The position numbers and the translations under genes are program-made. The notes under the pieces are model-generated. The model had not been told where the DNA came from. It made no database searches and saw nothing but the letters and a program-made list of their open reading frames with translations. A DNA stretch of 64,000 nucleotides from a virus: IMG/VR virus record IMGVR_UViG_3300042568_000467, positions 1 through 64,000 of that record. One strand, 5' to 3'. The stretch's first letter is position 1. Each line of letters begins with the position of its first letter. Below, piece by piece: positions 36,036 through 46,524 of the stretch.

Positions 36036-36832
36036 AGCGAGAATGTCTTTCCGTCCACAACGCAAGAGTAGTCTGGAGCAATATGGATCATTTGAATATG
36101 AGGGTAGTCGTTGACAATGTGTGCAATAGCAAAGCCCTTCTGCCAATCATGGTGTTGAGTATACTTCATTCCTGGACCCTTTTCGTCACACATATGGCCA
36201 ATCTCATATCCACGAAGAGTTTCTCCTTCACCATTGTTTCTTAGTTCATATGTTACCATATGTGAAGCAATTCTATGTGAGTGACCTCTAATTAAAGACA
36301 CCTGAAGATCTTCCATATCCTTGCGAACGGAACCAGTTGCTGCAATAGAGATGCCGTGGTGTACGTGCACGTCTCCAAAGCGACGCTTAGGCAATGAGTC
36401 ATAATAAATATAATCGTAGCCTAGGGAGTCCAATGACCAAAGTGATTCTGGGGTCACATCCTTTGCATAATCTGGAAGCTTCTTGTCTATGTAATCAAAG
36501 ATACGTATGTCGTGGTTTCCCAATGCTGAAAACAGTTGTGCATCTGGAAGCATCTCACGAGTCTTTGCATAAAAATCTCTTGCACCCTTTGCCTCATGAC
36601 GCATCATTGGAACAATTAAATCACGACTGTCATCCTTATGAAGCTGAAGAAACTCTGCAGATCTTCCTTCTGTATATTTACTGTAGCAAGCTTGATCGTC
36701 AGTATCCCCAAGATAATCTACTACATCTGGCTTAAACCATTTCATAACTTTAAACCATAGAGCAATCATCTTATCATCTTGATAAGGGAATTGCTGATCG
36801 GATGACAACATCCATTTTAAATCGTTTGTCAT
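36032..36832 (-). CDS. calcineurin-like metallophosphoesterase
   Basis: SD.Q, LGD..D, LGNHD, HHG, GHSH. Confidence 0.88.
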   Translation of the reverse strand: MTNDLKWMLSSDQQFPYQDDKMIALWFKVMKWFKPDVVDYLGDTDDQACYSKYTEGRSAEFLQLHKDDSRDLIVPMMRHEAKGARDFYAKTREMLPDAQLFSALGNHDIRIFDYIDKKLPDYAKDVTPESLWSLDSLGYDYIYYDSLPKRRFGDVHVHHGISIAATGSVRKDMEDLQVSLIRGHSHRIASHMVTYELRNNGEGETLRGYEIGHMCDEKGPGMKYTQHHDWQKGFAIAHIVNDYPHIQMIHIAPDYSCVVDGKTFSL

Positions 36833-36847
36833 TTAACTTCCCTGCGT

Positions 36848-36872
36848 AAAAAAGGGTCACGGAGTCGTGACC
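36848..36872 (-). terminator. intrinsic terminator in the leader of the replication operon
   Basis: GGTCACG-ACTC-CGTGACC-CTTTTTT. Confidence 0.7.
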
Positions 36873-36886
36873 TTGATATTATCTAA

Positions 36887-36914
36887 ATTGTAGCATATTA
36901 AATCAGCCTGTCAA
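36887..36914 (-). promoter_or_regulatory. promoter of the replication operon
   Basis: TTGACA-N16-TACAAT with TGn extension. Confidence 0.7.
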
Positions 36915-36918
36915 TAGG

Positions 36919-37341
36919 CTAGTGGCAAATTACCATCCAATAAAATCCTATTGTAAATGATGCCTTTGCTGATGAGTTTAAGTAAGCATTTCCAGAAACT
37001 CCAGTCGGACCCAATGTCTTGCTGTCTATTGCAAAGCTAAATACGCTTGGGATGTCTGCAGTTCTTACTGGAGTTATTATAACTGATTTTGGATTTGATT
37101 GTAAAGTAGTTTTAAAATTGATTGTAAAAGGAGTTGCTTTTCCTGGAACCAATGTGACTCCTGTGTGAAGCCCGCCTAATATTTGGCTTGCCGAAACTGT
37201 TTTATTTTCTAGATTTCCAGGTGAATTTCCAGTAGAAGTAGAACCCACTTTTGGAATACTTGCTCTTATTTCTACTAGACGTCTTTCTAGATCTTGTAAT
37301 GCAGCTGCGTCTAAAGGTGTGCCGTCATCAAATGCTGCCAT
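36919..37341 (-). CDS. putative minor tail/fibre-associated protein
   Basis: FDDGTPLDAAAL N-terminus; beta-rich C-terminus ending FYWMVI. Confidence 0.55.
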   Translation of the reverse strand: MAAFDDGTPLDAAALQDLERRLVEIRASIPKVGSTSTGNSPGNLENKTVSASQILGGLHTGVTLVPGKATPFTINFKTTLQSNPKSVIITPVRTADIPSVFSFAIDSKTLGPTGVSGNAYLNSSAKASFTIGFYWMVICH

Positions 37342-37748
37342 TAAAGTTTTTCTCCTAAATCGTGTGCTGAAATTTCTTTTTCGGAAACCTCAATCATTTT
37401 TGATCTATCTAGACCGTATCTAGTAAAAGAATCTGGGTCTATAATGTGTCTTAGTTTATTCTGTGATACTAGATACATTTTACCATCTGCGACATTCTTG
37501 ATCAAGGTGCCGTCTCTAAACCCTAGTTTTCCAACTAGTTTAATCCCTGATAATGCCGATTCAGTTGCTAATACCGTAGTAAAGCACCAAGACTGTGCGG
37601 CTCTATCCGAAATTAATCTATATCTTTTGCCATCTTTAATCCAGTATGTATCTTTATCTGTTTTAACAGCGATACCTGAGGGGAAATTAGTCGGCTGTGA
37701 TATTGCTAAGATGCTCTGAATAGGCTTCTGCCGCCTCAAATTTATCAT
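37341..37748 (-). CDS. hypothetical protein with internal duplication
   Basis: Two similar halves (SGIAVK...YWIKDGKRYRL / DGTLIK...YLVSQNKLRHI). Confidence 0.65.
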   Translation of the reverse strand: MINLRRQKPIQSILAISQPTNFPSGIAVKTDKDTYWIKDGKRYRLISDRAAQSWCFTTVLATESALSGIKLVGKLGFRDGTLIKNVADGKMYLVSQNKLRHIIDPDSFTRYGLDRSKMIEVSEKEISAHDLGEKL

Positions 37749-37893
37749 CTTCTACTTTCTTTGCATTTTGTACCTGCTCCAATAGCTGTGTATAATCTGC
37801 ACGTAAAATAGCAATCTGAGTTTCATAACTTGAAACTATCTCACCAATTCTTTGCTGTAGCGCTGTTATAACAAGTTCTGCTTTTTCTGCCAC
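37687..37893 (-). CDS. small coiled-coil protein
   Basis: 68-aa ORF. Confidence 0.65.
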   Translation of the reverse strand: MAEKAELVITALQQRIGEIVSSYETQIAILRADYTQLLEQVQNAKKVEDDKFEAAEAYSEHLSNITAD

Positions 37894-37900
37894 GGTTATC

Positions 37901-38128
37901 CTATTCGGTAATTACAGTCAAAGAATCCTTTTCTTCAACTAGTGCTGCTCTTTTTGTATTCAATAGAGTAATTCTAGAATTTATGTTAGAAACTTGCGAA
38001 GCATCTGCATTTGGCACTGCTTGCAATTCTAGTAAGTCAAGCTGGAGTCCATATATGCTATAGTCTACAGACTTTATGTGCTGTGCTACTAGTCCTAGCT
38101 TCTCTTCATTTGTTAGTTCGATTGTCAT
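37901..38128 (-). CDS. small coiled-coil protein (paralog of 38151-38363)
   Basis: AAGGAGG RBS; aligns by eye with its neighbour. Confidence 0.7.
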   Translation of the reverse strand: MTIELTNEEKLGLVAQHIKSVDYSIYGLQLDLLELQAVPNADASQVSNINSRITLLNTKRAALVEEKDSLTVITE

Positions 38129-38150
38129 TTTTTCCTCCTTTCATATTATA

Positions 38151-38363
38151 TCATTCCGAGACTTCAATGTCTAGGAGTTGATTGATGGCATTTAAAGCCA
38201 TTAAATTATCATTTTTTTCAGACAGTACATTTTGAATGTGTTCATTATTTGGATTAGATTTGGCAGACTCTGCTGCCAGCTCTATATCTAAATTATAAAT
38301 AACTCCCTCAAGTATACTTATCTTACTATTGATAATTTGTATTTTATCTTCCTTGCTTATCAT
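38151..38363 (-). CDS. small coiled-coil protein (paralog of 37901-38128)
   Basis: AAGGAG RBS. Confidence 0.7.
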   Translation of the reverse strand: MISKEDKIQIINSKISILEGVIYNLDIELAAESAKSNPNNEHIQNVLSEKNDNLMALNAINQLLDIEVSE

Positions 38364-38372
38364 ATTTTCTCC

Positions 38373-41300
38373 TTATAATGCAGCCGTAAATGTAGGGCTG
38401 TTTACGGTGTTTCCTAGTCCATCAGTATATACCATTGCAACTCTTAGCCATCTTGGGGATGTTACTGGGCTAACAGCAACGCTGTAATTTCTTGCTCCAA
38501 TTGAAAGTGGTGATTCTGCAACTGTTGAAAATCCAGAGGTAGAGCTTGTTGAGCTTATTTGAACTCTAAATCCAGTAGCAGTTCCTCCAGTAACAGTTCC
38601 AGGCCCAGTCCAAGACCATCTCTTTCTTCCAGATGTAGGCAAATTGTTACCATCAAATTTAAATCCAGTAGGAGCAGTAGCAGAGTTTGCAACAGCAGTC
38701 CATCTTGCGTATAAGGTAGATTCTGCTGTTAAGTTAAATGTGCTGCCTGCTGCGTAGTTAGTTCCAGTTCCTGCAGCATTTGTATTCCAGCCTGCAAAGT
38801 TACAGTTTGTTCTTGAAAATCCATTTGACTTAACGGTAACGTTTCCGTTTCCAGTTGTTGGAGTCATGGTTCCAGTTCCGCCATTTGCGTTGTAGTTAAG
38901 GTTAAAGCTAGCAACCGTAGAAGAAATTCCACTAGCTGTTGTTGAAGCCGTATTGTATCCGCTAACAGCTTTATTGACAGTAATTGTAGAAGGTGCGTTA
39001 GATCCTAATCCAGAGGCAGTAACTGCACCAGTTGTAGAATTAACCGATCCAGACCCAGCAGTTGCAGACACATATGAATAAGTAGCGCCAGTTTGTGCTC
39101 CAGAGTTTACAGAAGCTGTCCATCCTCCAGCAGCTGACGTTGCTGTACCATATGAAAACGCTACTGCATCAGCATTTGCAGAAGTAATTTGACCACTATA
39201 AAAATAATAAGTTGTTCCATTTGTTCCGACAACTGTATCCCTTACTGCAAACACGTAAGGGGTTCCAGCGGGATCAGCAGGAACTATTGCATATGGATTA
39301 GCTGTTCTAAATGATGATAGCGTGTTACCTCCTGGGGCCACCAAGTTTGATGTGACTGTAGAGTAAAGCAATACTGATGTTATAGATTGAGCATTAGTAT
39401 ATGTACCAGTTGTCCAAGTAATGCTATCAAGATACTTAACAATAGATGTTGAAAATGTATTAGTAGCTCTAACTGTTGGAGCGCTGTTTTGTGATACTTC
39501 AGTTGAGGTCATATTAAATGGGACTCCAGCACTCCAAGCACTTGCTGTAGCTGAAGCTCCTGCAGATGTGTCACCCAATGATACAACTGATCTAATATAC
39601 ATATAGGTTGTTGTTGTACCACCTGGACCAGTAAAATCTGTTAATGGACTAGAAGAACCAGTTGCATCTGGTGTGACCTGTCCTGTTGGTGCATTTGCTG
39701 ATGATATCCAATACATCTGATAATTTGGTCCAGATCCTCCAGAGAATGTAGCAGTAACTGCTCCACCTTGTGGGCCTGGAGTTACAGAAACTGATGTGGG
39801 AGGAAATAAAGCTAAATTAGTTATACCAGAAGTTCTAACATAAGGAGTCCATGTTGTACCGTTTGCGGAAGCAGATACATAAAAGTAGTAGTTGCCACCA
39901 AATGCTGGAGTGTTTCCATTTTTATCTGGGTCTCCAGGTCCCCATGCCCAAGAACCAGAAGATGCTGTTATAGTGCTTCCATTCACAGTTTTTTCTTCAT
40001 CAAAAACTGTAGCTGGGCTTGTTGGCGCTGTAGCGCTACTGCTCCAATAAATTCTATAATATGCTGCGTTTGTTGCGCCAGACCAAGATGCAGTAAGTGT
40101 TGTTGAGCTACCATTATTTGATGCGGTCACTGAAGTAGGTGCGGTTGCAACTGCTGGTATTGTAACTTGAACTCTAGTTGTGCTGTATGAGCTTACATCA
40201 GATCCAGATGTATTTGCCGTAGAAGTCTTTGCAGATCTAACCCAGAAATAATATGTTGATCCAGGCGTTGGTGTAAAACCAGGTGTGTATGTTATAGTAG
40301 TAGTATTTTGCGTTTCACTGCCAGGATCATAGCCAGTGCCGTCGGAAGGATACGTTGTGTTATCAACTCTATACCAAGATTGAAACCACGGGCCAGATCC
40401 ACCAGTATAAGATAAAACAAAAGATGTGCCATTCCATACAACTCCAGTTGGAGTTGGTGCAGATAATGGTGGAGAAACAGTGATTACTCTATTCCTAGTA
40501 CTTCTTGCAGGATCTCCTTGAGGTTCCCATAGCAGAGTTGCAGTATATGTTCCAACTGTATTATAAGTTTTTGTTATACCAGAAAAACCTGGATTGCTAG
40601 TTCCAGTTGAAAAATAATTCCATCCGCTATCTGTATTATCACCAAAATCTATCTTGTATCTTTTTGGATATGATGCATATGTAGTTGTTGGATAGCCTAC
40701 TGTTGATCCAGAAAAAGTAATTGAATTTCCTGTGCTAGGAGTTGTAGATGTAACATTTAGAGTCATTGCAGAAGATGGGGCAATATCAATCATTCCTGGA
40801 AGATCTATGCCAAATGGGTAAGCCCCTATGCTTGGAATATTACCAGTAAAATAGCTTGCAGATGCGTTAGATGAAGTAGATGAAGCTCTTGCACTTAATC
40901 TAAATTCTAATGTCCATCTTGCTACGCCAGTATTGTAAGTTGGACCAGCTATTCCAAATAGACCAGCATCTATCCATTCCCTCCAGACAACAGTTGCTCC
41001 ACCGCTGCCATTTGGTGTAATTGAATATGGTGTTAAATCTACAGGAAATCCTCCGCTATCAGTTGATGTGCTTTGTTGAGCTAAAGTATCCCATCTATGA
41101 TATCTATTTTCTGTTGTTATGTCATTGCGATAAAATCTAGGCTCTAAAAGATAGTGTGTAGTGGGGCTAACATCGATTACGTTTGCCGTCCACACCATAA
41201 CTCCATCAGCAATTACTCTTTGGCTAGATTGATTGTCAAGGATACTGTTGCCATTTATATCGGTAACTGTAACAGATGTAATTGTTGCAACACTTCCAGT

Positions 41301-42215
41301 AGACTTAAAAGAACTAACTGGAGAGTTGCCTGGATGATCTGTGTATGAATTCACAAGAACTATCTCTGCAATTATATAGTTACCAGCTGCAATTCCACCT
41401 GATTCAGTATAAAAGTCAGTGCCAGTAATTGTAGTTCCAGTTCCATTGTATTCGCTATACTGTGATCCGCTTCTTGTATCGTCAATTAGTTGAGGAAAAG
41501 CAAAGGAGTCCAAGTATGTTGTTTTTAAATCTGTTCCACCAGGGGACTTTGATGTATTGCGCCACCATTTAACATATGACCTTGACAGATCCGCTGCTTT
41601 AAACCAAGAATCATTTATCACAAAATCTAAGGTAAGCTGGGCGCTTCCAGAACTATAATTTTCTGAAAGAGTAGAAGAGGTTACGGTTGGCTGCTGTCTA
41701 ATAATTTTAATTGGTGGAGAATACAATGTTGTTCCTGGAGGATAGGGAGAGTCTGTATTAGAAGCAACAAGCTCATAGAATAACCACCATCCGTCAGCCA
41801 TAAATCTTTTGAATCCAATGTCTGTTTCGCTGTTGTTTGTTAGATTATAAATATCTGTTGTCTCTAGTTGATATCTATCTGTATTTCCAGTATTATCCTC
41901 AGAAATTTTCATTCTTCTTGAATTTACGGTAATTGGCTGTGTTCCATTTATGGTTCCATCGTTTCCATATAAGACTGTATTAATAAATTGCGGACTTGTT
42001 GCCCTAGTGCCATTGTATCCACCAGTTCTTATGTCGATAGGATCTGTTAAGCTAGGTGATGGAGCATCTCCTGGCCAAACTTGAATCCAGCCAGTTGTTA
42101 ATTTTGCAAACACCTTGGTTGCAGTTTTCCATCCACCGCTACCAGTACTGGTTTTAGCATATATTTTTTTAATTGCTGACCATGTGGAGGTTCCAGTTTT
42201 TACTCTAATTGGCAT
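38373..42215 (-). CDS. tail fibre/adhesin with PKD, FN3-like and InlB B-repeat-like modules
   Basis: IDFGD...Y...GTYT (PKD), FN3-like W...Y..Y...R.A repeats, YNANGGTG...F.GWNT...LYARW. Confidence 0.75.
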   Translation of the reverse strand: MPIRVKTGTSTWSAIKKIYAKTSTGSGGWKTATKVFAKLTTGWIQVWPGDAPSPSLTDPIDIRTGGYNGTRATSPQFINTVLYGNDGTINGTQPITVNSRRMKISEDNTGNTDRYQLETTDIYNLTNNSETDIGFKRFMADGWWLFYELVASNTDSPYPPGTTLYSPPIKIIRQQPTVTSSTLSENYSSGSAQLTLDFVINDSWFKAADLSRSYVKWWRNTSKSPGGTDLKTTYLDSFAFPQLIDDTRSGSQYSEYNGTGTTITGTDFYTESGGIAAGNYIIAEIVLVNSYTDHPGNSPVSSFKSTGSVATITSVTVTDINGNSILDNQSSQRVIADGVMVWTANVIDVSPTTHYLLEPRFYRNDITTENRYHRWDTLAQQSTSTDSGGFPVDLTPYSITPNGSGGATVVWREWIDAGLFGIAGPTYNTGVARWTLEFRLSARASSTSSNASASYFTGNIPSIGAYPFGIDLPGMIDIAPSSAMTLNVTSTTPSTGNSITFSGSTVGYPTTTYASYPKRYKIDFGDNTDSGWNYFSTGTSNPGFSGITKTYNTVGTYTATLLWEPQGDPARSTRNRVITVSPPLSAPTPTGVVWNGTSFVLSYTGGSGPWFQSWYRVDNTTYPSDGTGYDPGSETQNTTTITYTPGFTPTPGSTYYFWVRSAKTSTANTSGSDVSSYSTTRVQVTIPAVATAPTSVTASNNGSSTTLTASWSGATNAAYYRIYWSSSATAPTSPATVFDEEKTVNGSTITASSGSWAWGPGDPDKNGNTPAFGGNYYFYVSASANGTTWTPYVRTSGITNLALFPPTSVSVTPGPQGGAVTATFSGGSGPNYQMYWISSANAPTGQVTPDATGSSSPLTDFTGPGGTTTTYMYIRSVVSLGDTSAGASATASAWSAGVPFNMTSTEVSQNSAPTVRATNTFSTSIVKYLDSITWTTGTYTNAQSITSVLLYSTVTSNLVAPGGNTLSSFRTANPYAIVPADPAGTPYVFAVRDTVVGTNGTTYYFYSGQITSANADAVAFSYGTATSAAGGWTASVNSGAQTGATYSYVSATAGSGSVNSTTGAVTASGLGSNAPSTITVNKAVSGYNTASTTASGISSTVASFNLNYNANGGTGTMTPTTGNGNVTVKSNGFSRTNCNFAGWNTNAAGTGTNYAAGSTFNLTAESTLYARWTAVANSATAPTGFKFDGNNLPTSGRKRWSWTGPGTVTGGTATGFRVQISSTSSTSGFSTVAESPLSIGARNYSVAVSPVTSPRWLRVAMVYTDGLGNTVNSPTFTAAL

Positions 42216-42223
42216 GACTATTC

Positions 42224-45223
42224 CTAATAAGTTATAAAGATATCGCCGACGTGCCCTGTTGTTGTAGCAGGGGCGGAAGTTGTTGATTTAATATAAATAT
42301 TTCTTACGTAAGCTCCAGCTGTTCCTCCTGGATATAACAACGGAGCGCCTTTTCTTAATCTCATTCTTGCATCTACTGTTACGTATGGTCCTGATGGAAC
42401 TGTAGATGTTCCACCAACACTGTTGGTAGAATTTCCAAGATATAGACCTTCTGTAAATTTAAGGGAAGACTTTGTATTAGAGAACATGGCAGATTGTGTT
42501 CCTCCAGCAAGAATCTCTGTGTATCCAGATGATGTAGTACTTTCTAGTCTTAACATTGAATCTGAGCTAATTTTTCCACTTGCTATTGTTACTGTTGGAG
42601 TAAAGTTTGTATTTCCTGTTACAGTGATTGCAGACCCACTTGTGCTATCAGTTGTTTCAGCTAAATCTGAATCGCTTGCTATAGTTAATCCAGATGATGA
42701 AAATGTATCAGAAACAGTAATTGTTGATGCGCCAATACTTGTACCAGTTATGCTTGAGGAAGAAATAGATATACCAGCAAATACTGTTCCATTAAAGAAT
42801 GCATCTCCGCCAGAAGTAAGTCTAAAGTTCTTTGCGGATATTCCTCCAGTATCTAAATTAATGGCTAGGCCAGAACTTGAAAAATTAGACCCATCCGCAG
42901 TTCCAGTATGCGTTCCACCCTTAATAATGCCTGAAGTTATTTTTCCCCCGCTTATGCTTGTTACATTTGTGTTAACTTGTCCTGCTGTAATAAATTGAGA
43001 AACATCTGGAATATCACCTGATGAGGCATATCCAGTAATTACTGCAGACTTCATTACTACAGTTCCATTTGCTTGAACGTAAAAATTAGCAGCCGTGCTT
43101 CTTGCTCCACCAGCCCAGAATACAATATCGCTTGCGGCGTTGCTATTTGGTGTTGCAATACCTGCGGTATAAGATGCACTTGACAATGTAATTTGTGCAT
43201 TAGATGAATCTAGAGATATTGTTCCACTGGTAGATGTTTTTTTAATTGAAGATGCATCTACATCCCATCCACCAATATTTGCACTTCTTGTAGTAAACAA
43301 ACCAGTTGTTGCAGCAATTGTTGTTATACCAGAAACTGTTGCTGAGTTAAATGTTAGTCCAGATGAATTAAGTATATACCCAGCTCCAGTTAAAGATCCG
43401 CCAGAATCTCCTGTAGGCGTTACAGTATTACCACTTATTGTTCCGCTATAAACTGATGCACCAGTTGCCATATTTATGTTTCCGCTAAATGAACCTTTTT
43501 TAGCTCTGAGATCTCCATCTATAACAAATGAAGTTCCATTCCACTCAATATAATTAGATGTGCTTCCACCTACTTTTAATGAAGCTGATTGGCTAGAGTC
43601 TACGTACCAATAATTATTTGTATTGAATACAAGACCACGTTTACCAGTATCTACACCATATCCAAATTTAAATGCTGTGCTATCTGCATCTGTAGGATTT
43701 GCTTTTGCTCTAAAGAATCCAGTTACATCAACGGTGCTTGCAACATATGGGGTACCATCAATAGTAACATTTGCTGAAGACGATACGTAAGAAGAAGATG
43801 TATTATTGTATTCGTCATATGTTGCAACAGCTATTTCGTAAGTTAGGCCTGCACCTAGTCCTGCAAGCCTGTATGAAGTTCCAGTTCCAGGAGAGTCAGC
43901 ATAAGAATAACTTGAAGACGGAGTGGTTACTGGCCTAAACCTTATTCTGTATCCACGTATACCTCCGCCAGTAACGGCTGGCCAAGATATGTCTGAGTAA
44001 CCATTAAATCCTATTGTTCCTGCAGTATCTAGACCTCCAATTGCTGTTACTGATGTTACATTTGCTGGTCCTTCTGTATCTGCAACAACTGGGCTTGTTG
44101 GTGTTACCGATACCGATGTTCCATAAGATCCGTATCCGCCAATATTATCTACAAATCTTGCACGAACCCATCTTTTATTTGTATTTGGAGTAATTGTAAT
44201 TGCTGGATTAGAGGATCCAGAAAATACTTTATTGTATCCAGTTGTTGGTGCAGTACTGCTAGAAGACTCAACTTCTTCAATTTCTATTTTATCAAACGTA
44301 GCGTCTGCTGGGGTTGTATAAGATACACTATAGCCATTGCTTATTGCTGAAGCAACAATTGTTGCAGCAGGTAAGGTATTGGCATAAGATGATAAGCTGA
44401 AAGGAACTGTAGATCCTTCATTTCCATAAATATTAACTGTGCTAACAGAACCGCTAAAAGAAGTTTGAGGTACACCAAATGCTGCTCTATTTTGAGATAA
44501 GCTTAATGTAAAAGATTGAGATGATGTTCCTGGTGTTGGTGGTACGTCAAATACTTTAGATGAGCCTCCGCCAGTTATTGTAACCTTATAATAACTAAAA
44601 TATTCTTCTGCAGGATTATGATTAAATGAAACTCTAAAATTTGTTCCAACCCAAGAACCTACTGCAGAAGTTGGTAATGTCAATGGCACAAGCTTTGGTG
44701 TTTCGAATTGAGCTTCACTAAAATTTGACTCTACGCCAGTAACAGATACGACCTTAAGTTTAACGCTATGGGCTACTGGTGGAACGGCTACGCTTACAGT
44801 TCCTGCTGATTTCAAAAAGCCTACTAGTCTGTATGGGGAACCTACTAGCGTTTCATTTTTTATATATATATTGATTCTATCAAATGCTTGTGTATATGCC
44901 TGACCATTAGCATCAAGCCCGCCCCAAGATATGTTTAGTATTCCGTTAAAATATGTAAGGTCTGTATTTAAAAATTTAGGAACATCTAGAGTTGGAATAT
45001 TAGCAGTCGTTAAAGAAAGCCCTTGAGACCAATCACTTTTTACGCCATCTTCAAAAACATATTGAAATTGAAATGCATAAGGTGAATCTATTTTTAAATT
45101 TGGCACAACAACTGTAAAATTATTTTTATCAGAGGCAGCATTAGCAGCTAAATTTTCTGTAGTAGGATTTTTAATTAAATCTTTAGGATAGTATTTTTGC
45201 CAGTTTGCTGCATCTGATGTCAT
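42224..45223 (-). CDS. tail tip/central fibre protein with FN3 domains
   Basis: FN3 motif (ISW...GYRIRFR...GL..GLTYEIAVA), Gly/Ser/Thr-rich C-terminus. Confidence 0.75.
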   Translation of the reverse strand: MTSDAANWQKYYPKDLIKNPTTENLAANAASDKNNFTVVVPNLKIDSPYAFQFQYVFEDGVKSDWSQGLSLTTANIPTLDVPKFLNTDLTYFNGILNISWGGLDANGQAYTQAFDRINIYIKNETLVGSPYRLVGFLKSAGTVSVAVPPVAHSVKLKVVSVTGVESNFSEAQFETPKLVPLTLPTSAVGSWVGTNFRVSFNHNPAEEYFSYYKVTITGGGSSKVFDVPPTPGTSSQSFTLSLSQNRAAFGVPQTSFSGSVSTVNIYGNEGSTVPFSLSSYANTLPAATIVASAISNGYSVSYTTPADATFDKIEIEEVESSSSTAPTTGYNKVFSGSSNPAITITPNTNKRWVRARFVDNIGGYGSYGTSVSVTPTSPVVADTEGPANVTSVTAIGGLDTAGTIGFNGYSDISWPAVTGGGIRGYRIRFRPVTTPSSSYSYADSPGTGTSYRLAGLGAGLTYEIAVATYDEYNNTSSSYVSSSANVTIDGTPYVASTVDVTGFFRAKANPTDADSTAFKFGYGVDTGKRGLVFNTNNYWYVDSSQSASLKVGGSTSNYIEWNGTSFVIDGDLRAKKGSFSGNINMATGASVYSGTISGNTVTPTGDSGGSLTGAGYILNSSGLTFNSATVSGITTIAATTGLFTTRSANIGGWDVDASSIKKTSTSGTISLDSSNAQITLSSASYTAGIATPNSNAASDIVFWAGGARSTAANFYVQANGTVVMKSAVITGYASSGDIPDVSQFITAGQVNTNVTSISGGKITSGIIKGGTHTGTADGSNFSSSGLAINLDTGGISAKNFRLTSGGDAFFNGTVFAGISISSSSITGTSIGASTITVSDTFSSSGLTIASDSDLAETTDSTSGSAITVTGNTNFTPTVTIASGKISSDSMLRLESTTSSGYTEILAGGTQSAMFSNTKSSLKFTEGLYLGNSTNSVGGTSTVPSGPYVTVDARMRLRKGAPLLYPGGTAGAYVRNIYIKSTTSAPATTTGHVGDIFITY

Positions 45224-46126
45224 TTAGAACTCCAACTGCAGTTTATATTCTACATCCACTGGACGGCCAGATGGTTTTTTAAGTGGAGTTGTAAGAATGT
45301 GTCTTGCAATTAAACCATATTGAGGGTCAAATGTGTCTTCATCATTTACTCTTAGCCCATCAAAATACACAACAGTATTGCCTCCAGAGCCAGCAGTAAC
45401 TTCAACCCCTATGCTAGTAATGTTTGTTAAATCTGGAGACCCAACTATATTATTAAATACATCTGACATTGAAACTGATTGAACTTTATCTTCATTAGAT
45501 CCAGACGGTATAAAGTCAGCGTAATAATATGCTGAGCTTGAACTATAAAATTTAATTCTAATTTTTGATGTGTTGTTATCTGCCTTTTTATATGCAAGAG
45601 TTAGGCTATCATTAACACTGTATCCAGATAAATCTAGGAGAGCAATTGAATTTTTATATTCTTTAGATGATGATTGATTTACATTGATCTTAATCATATT
45701 CTCACCAATCTTAGACACAAAAGTCGTACCGTCCGTTGAATTTGACTCTAGCGCTGGGCTGTCTCCGTTAGAGTCTGCCCATAAAGTATTATTGTCAAAT
45801 GAGGTTATAAACTTACTATCATAGAAATTAATAGATTTTCTAAATCCAGGATACAATCCAATTTCGCTTATTACGCCAGAGATATCTTGAGGTATTGTAG
45901 TTTTAAATATTGCGTAATAATTAAATCCTCCGACACCATCGTCTTCAATATTTATGGAAGATAAGTTTACTGGTAATTTGTATATCTCAAAACCAAGCCT
46001 TGTGTTGGTATCTGACTCAGGTAGTTGGGTTGCTGTAGCAATACCAAAAGACAACTCTTTATATGTAAAATTTGAGTTACCAGCAATAAAGTCTACTAAA
46101 AATCTTTTTCCAAATTTAGTTATCAT
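45224..46126 (-). CDS. minor tail/baseplate protein
   Basis: MITKFG...DT.LGFEI...ISEIGLY...VEYKL. Confidence 0.65.
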   Translation of the reverse strand: MITKFGKRFLVDFIAGNSNFTYKELSFGIATATQLPESDTNTRLGFEIYKLPVNLSSINIEDDGVGGFNYYAIFKTTIPQDISGVISEIGLYPGFRKSINFYDSKFITSFDNNTLWADSNGDSPALESNSTDGTTFVSKIGENMIKINVNQSSSKEYKNSIALLDLSGYSVNDSLTLAYKKADNNTSKIRIKFYSSSSAYYYADFIPSGSNEDKVQSVSMSDVFNNIVGSPDLTNITSIGVEVTAGSGGNTVVYFDGLRVNDEDTFDPQYGLIARHILTTPLKKPSGRPVDVEYKLQLEF

Positions 46127-46524
46127 TTTTTCTCCACCAAAACATTTACCGCCTTTACATCCTCACCACTTGAATTTCTAACCCTAAAAGTAATTTTTGA
46201 TGTTGGATTATTTGAGGCATCATAAACCACTTGGTTAGAAATAACCTGTATGTCCATTAGGGTTGGTGCTTTTCTGCCAAGAGACGGCTTGTCTGGGTCT
46301 TTTGGATTTTCTGGATCCTTTGGATTTGTCTCATCATCTTCATCTTCTGCATAAACAAAAGCGTCATCCTCTATTGAAATAGAGATCATGTCTCCATCTC
46401 TTCTTACTGGATAATTTCTTCCGAAGTGTGGGGCTAGGTAGAAGCTGCTTATACCATCGGCATAATCTGTTAACGGGGGGATAACTCCAACCGAGGTCGT
46501 AGATTCTTTTTTATTATTAGCCAT
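46123..46524 (-). CDS. hypothetical (tail-region) protein
   Basis: 133-aa ORF; TGGTATAAT-N6-ATG. Confidence 0.65.
   Translation of the reverse strand: MANNKKESTTSVGVIPPLTDYADGISSFYLAPHFGRNYPVRRDGDMISISIEDDAFVYAEDEDDETNPKDPENPKDPDKPSLGRKAPTLMDIQVISNQVVYDASNNPTSKITFRVRNSSGEDVKAVNVLVEKK

Noticed and set aside
38373-45223. Diversity-generating retroelement or invertible fibre cassette
   Set aside because: No reverse transcriptase, site-specific recombinase or template/variable repeat pair seen in the window
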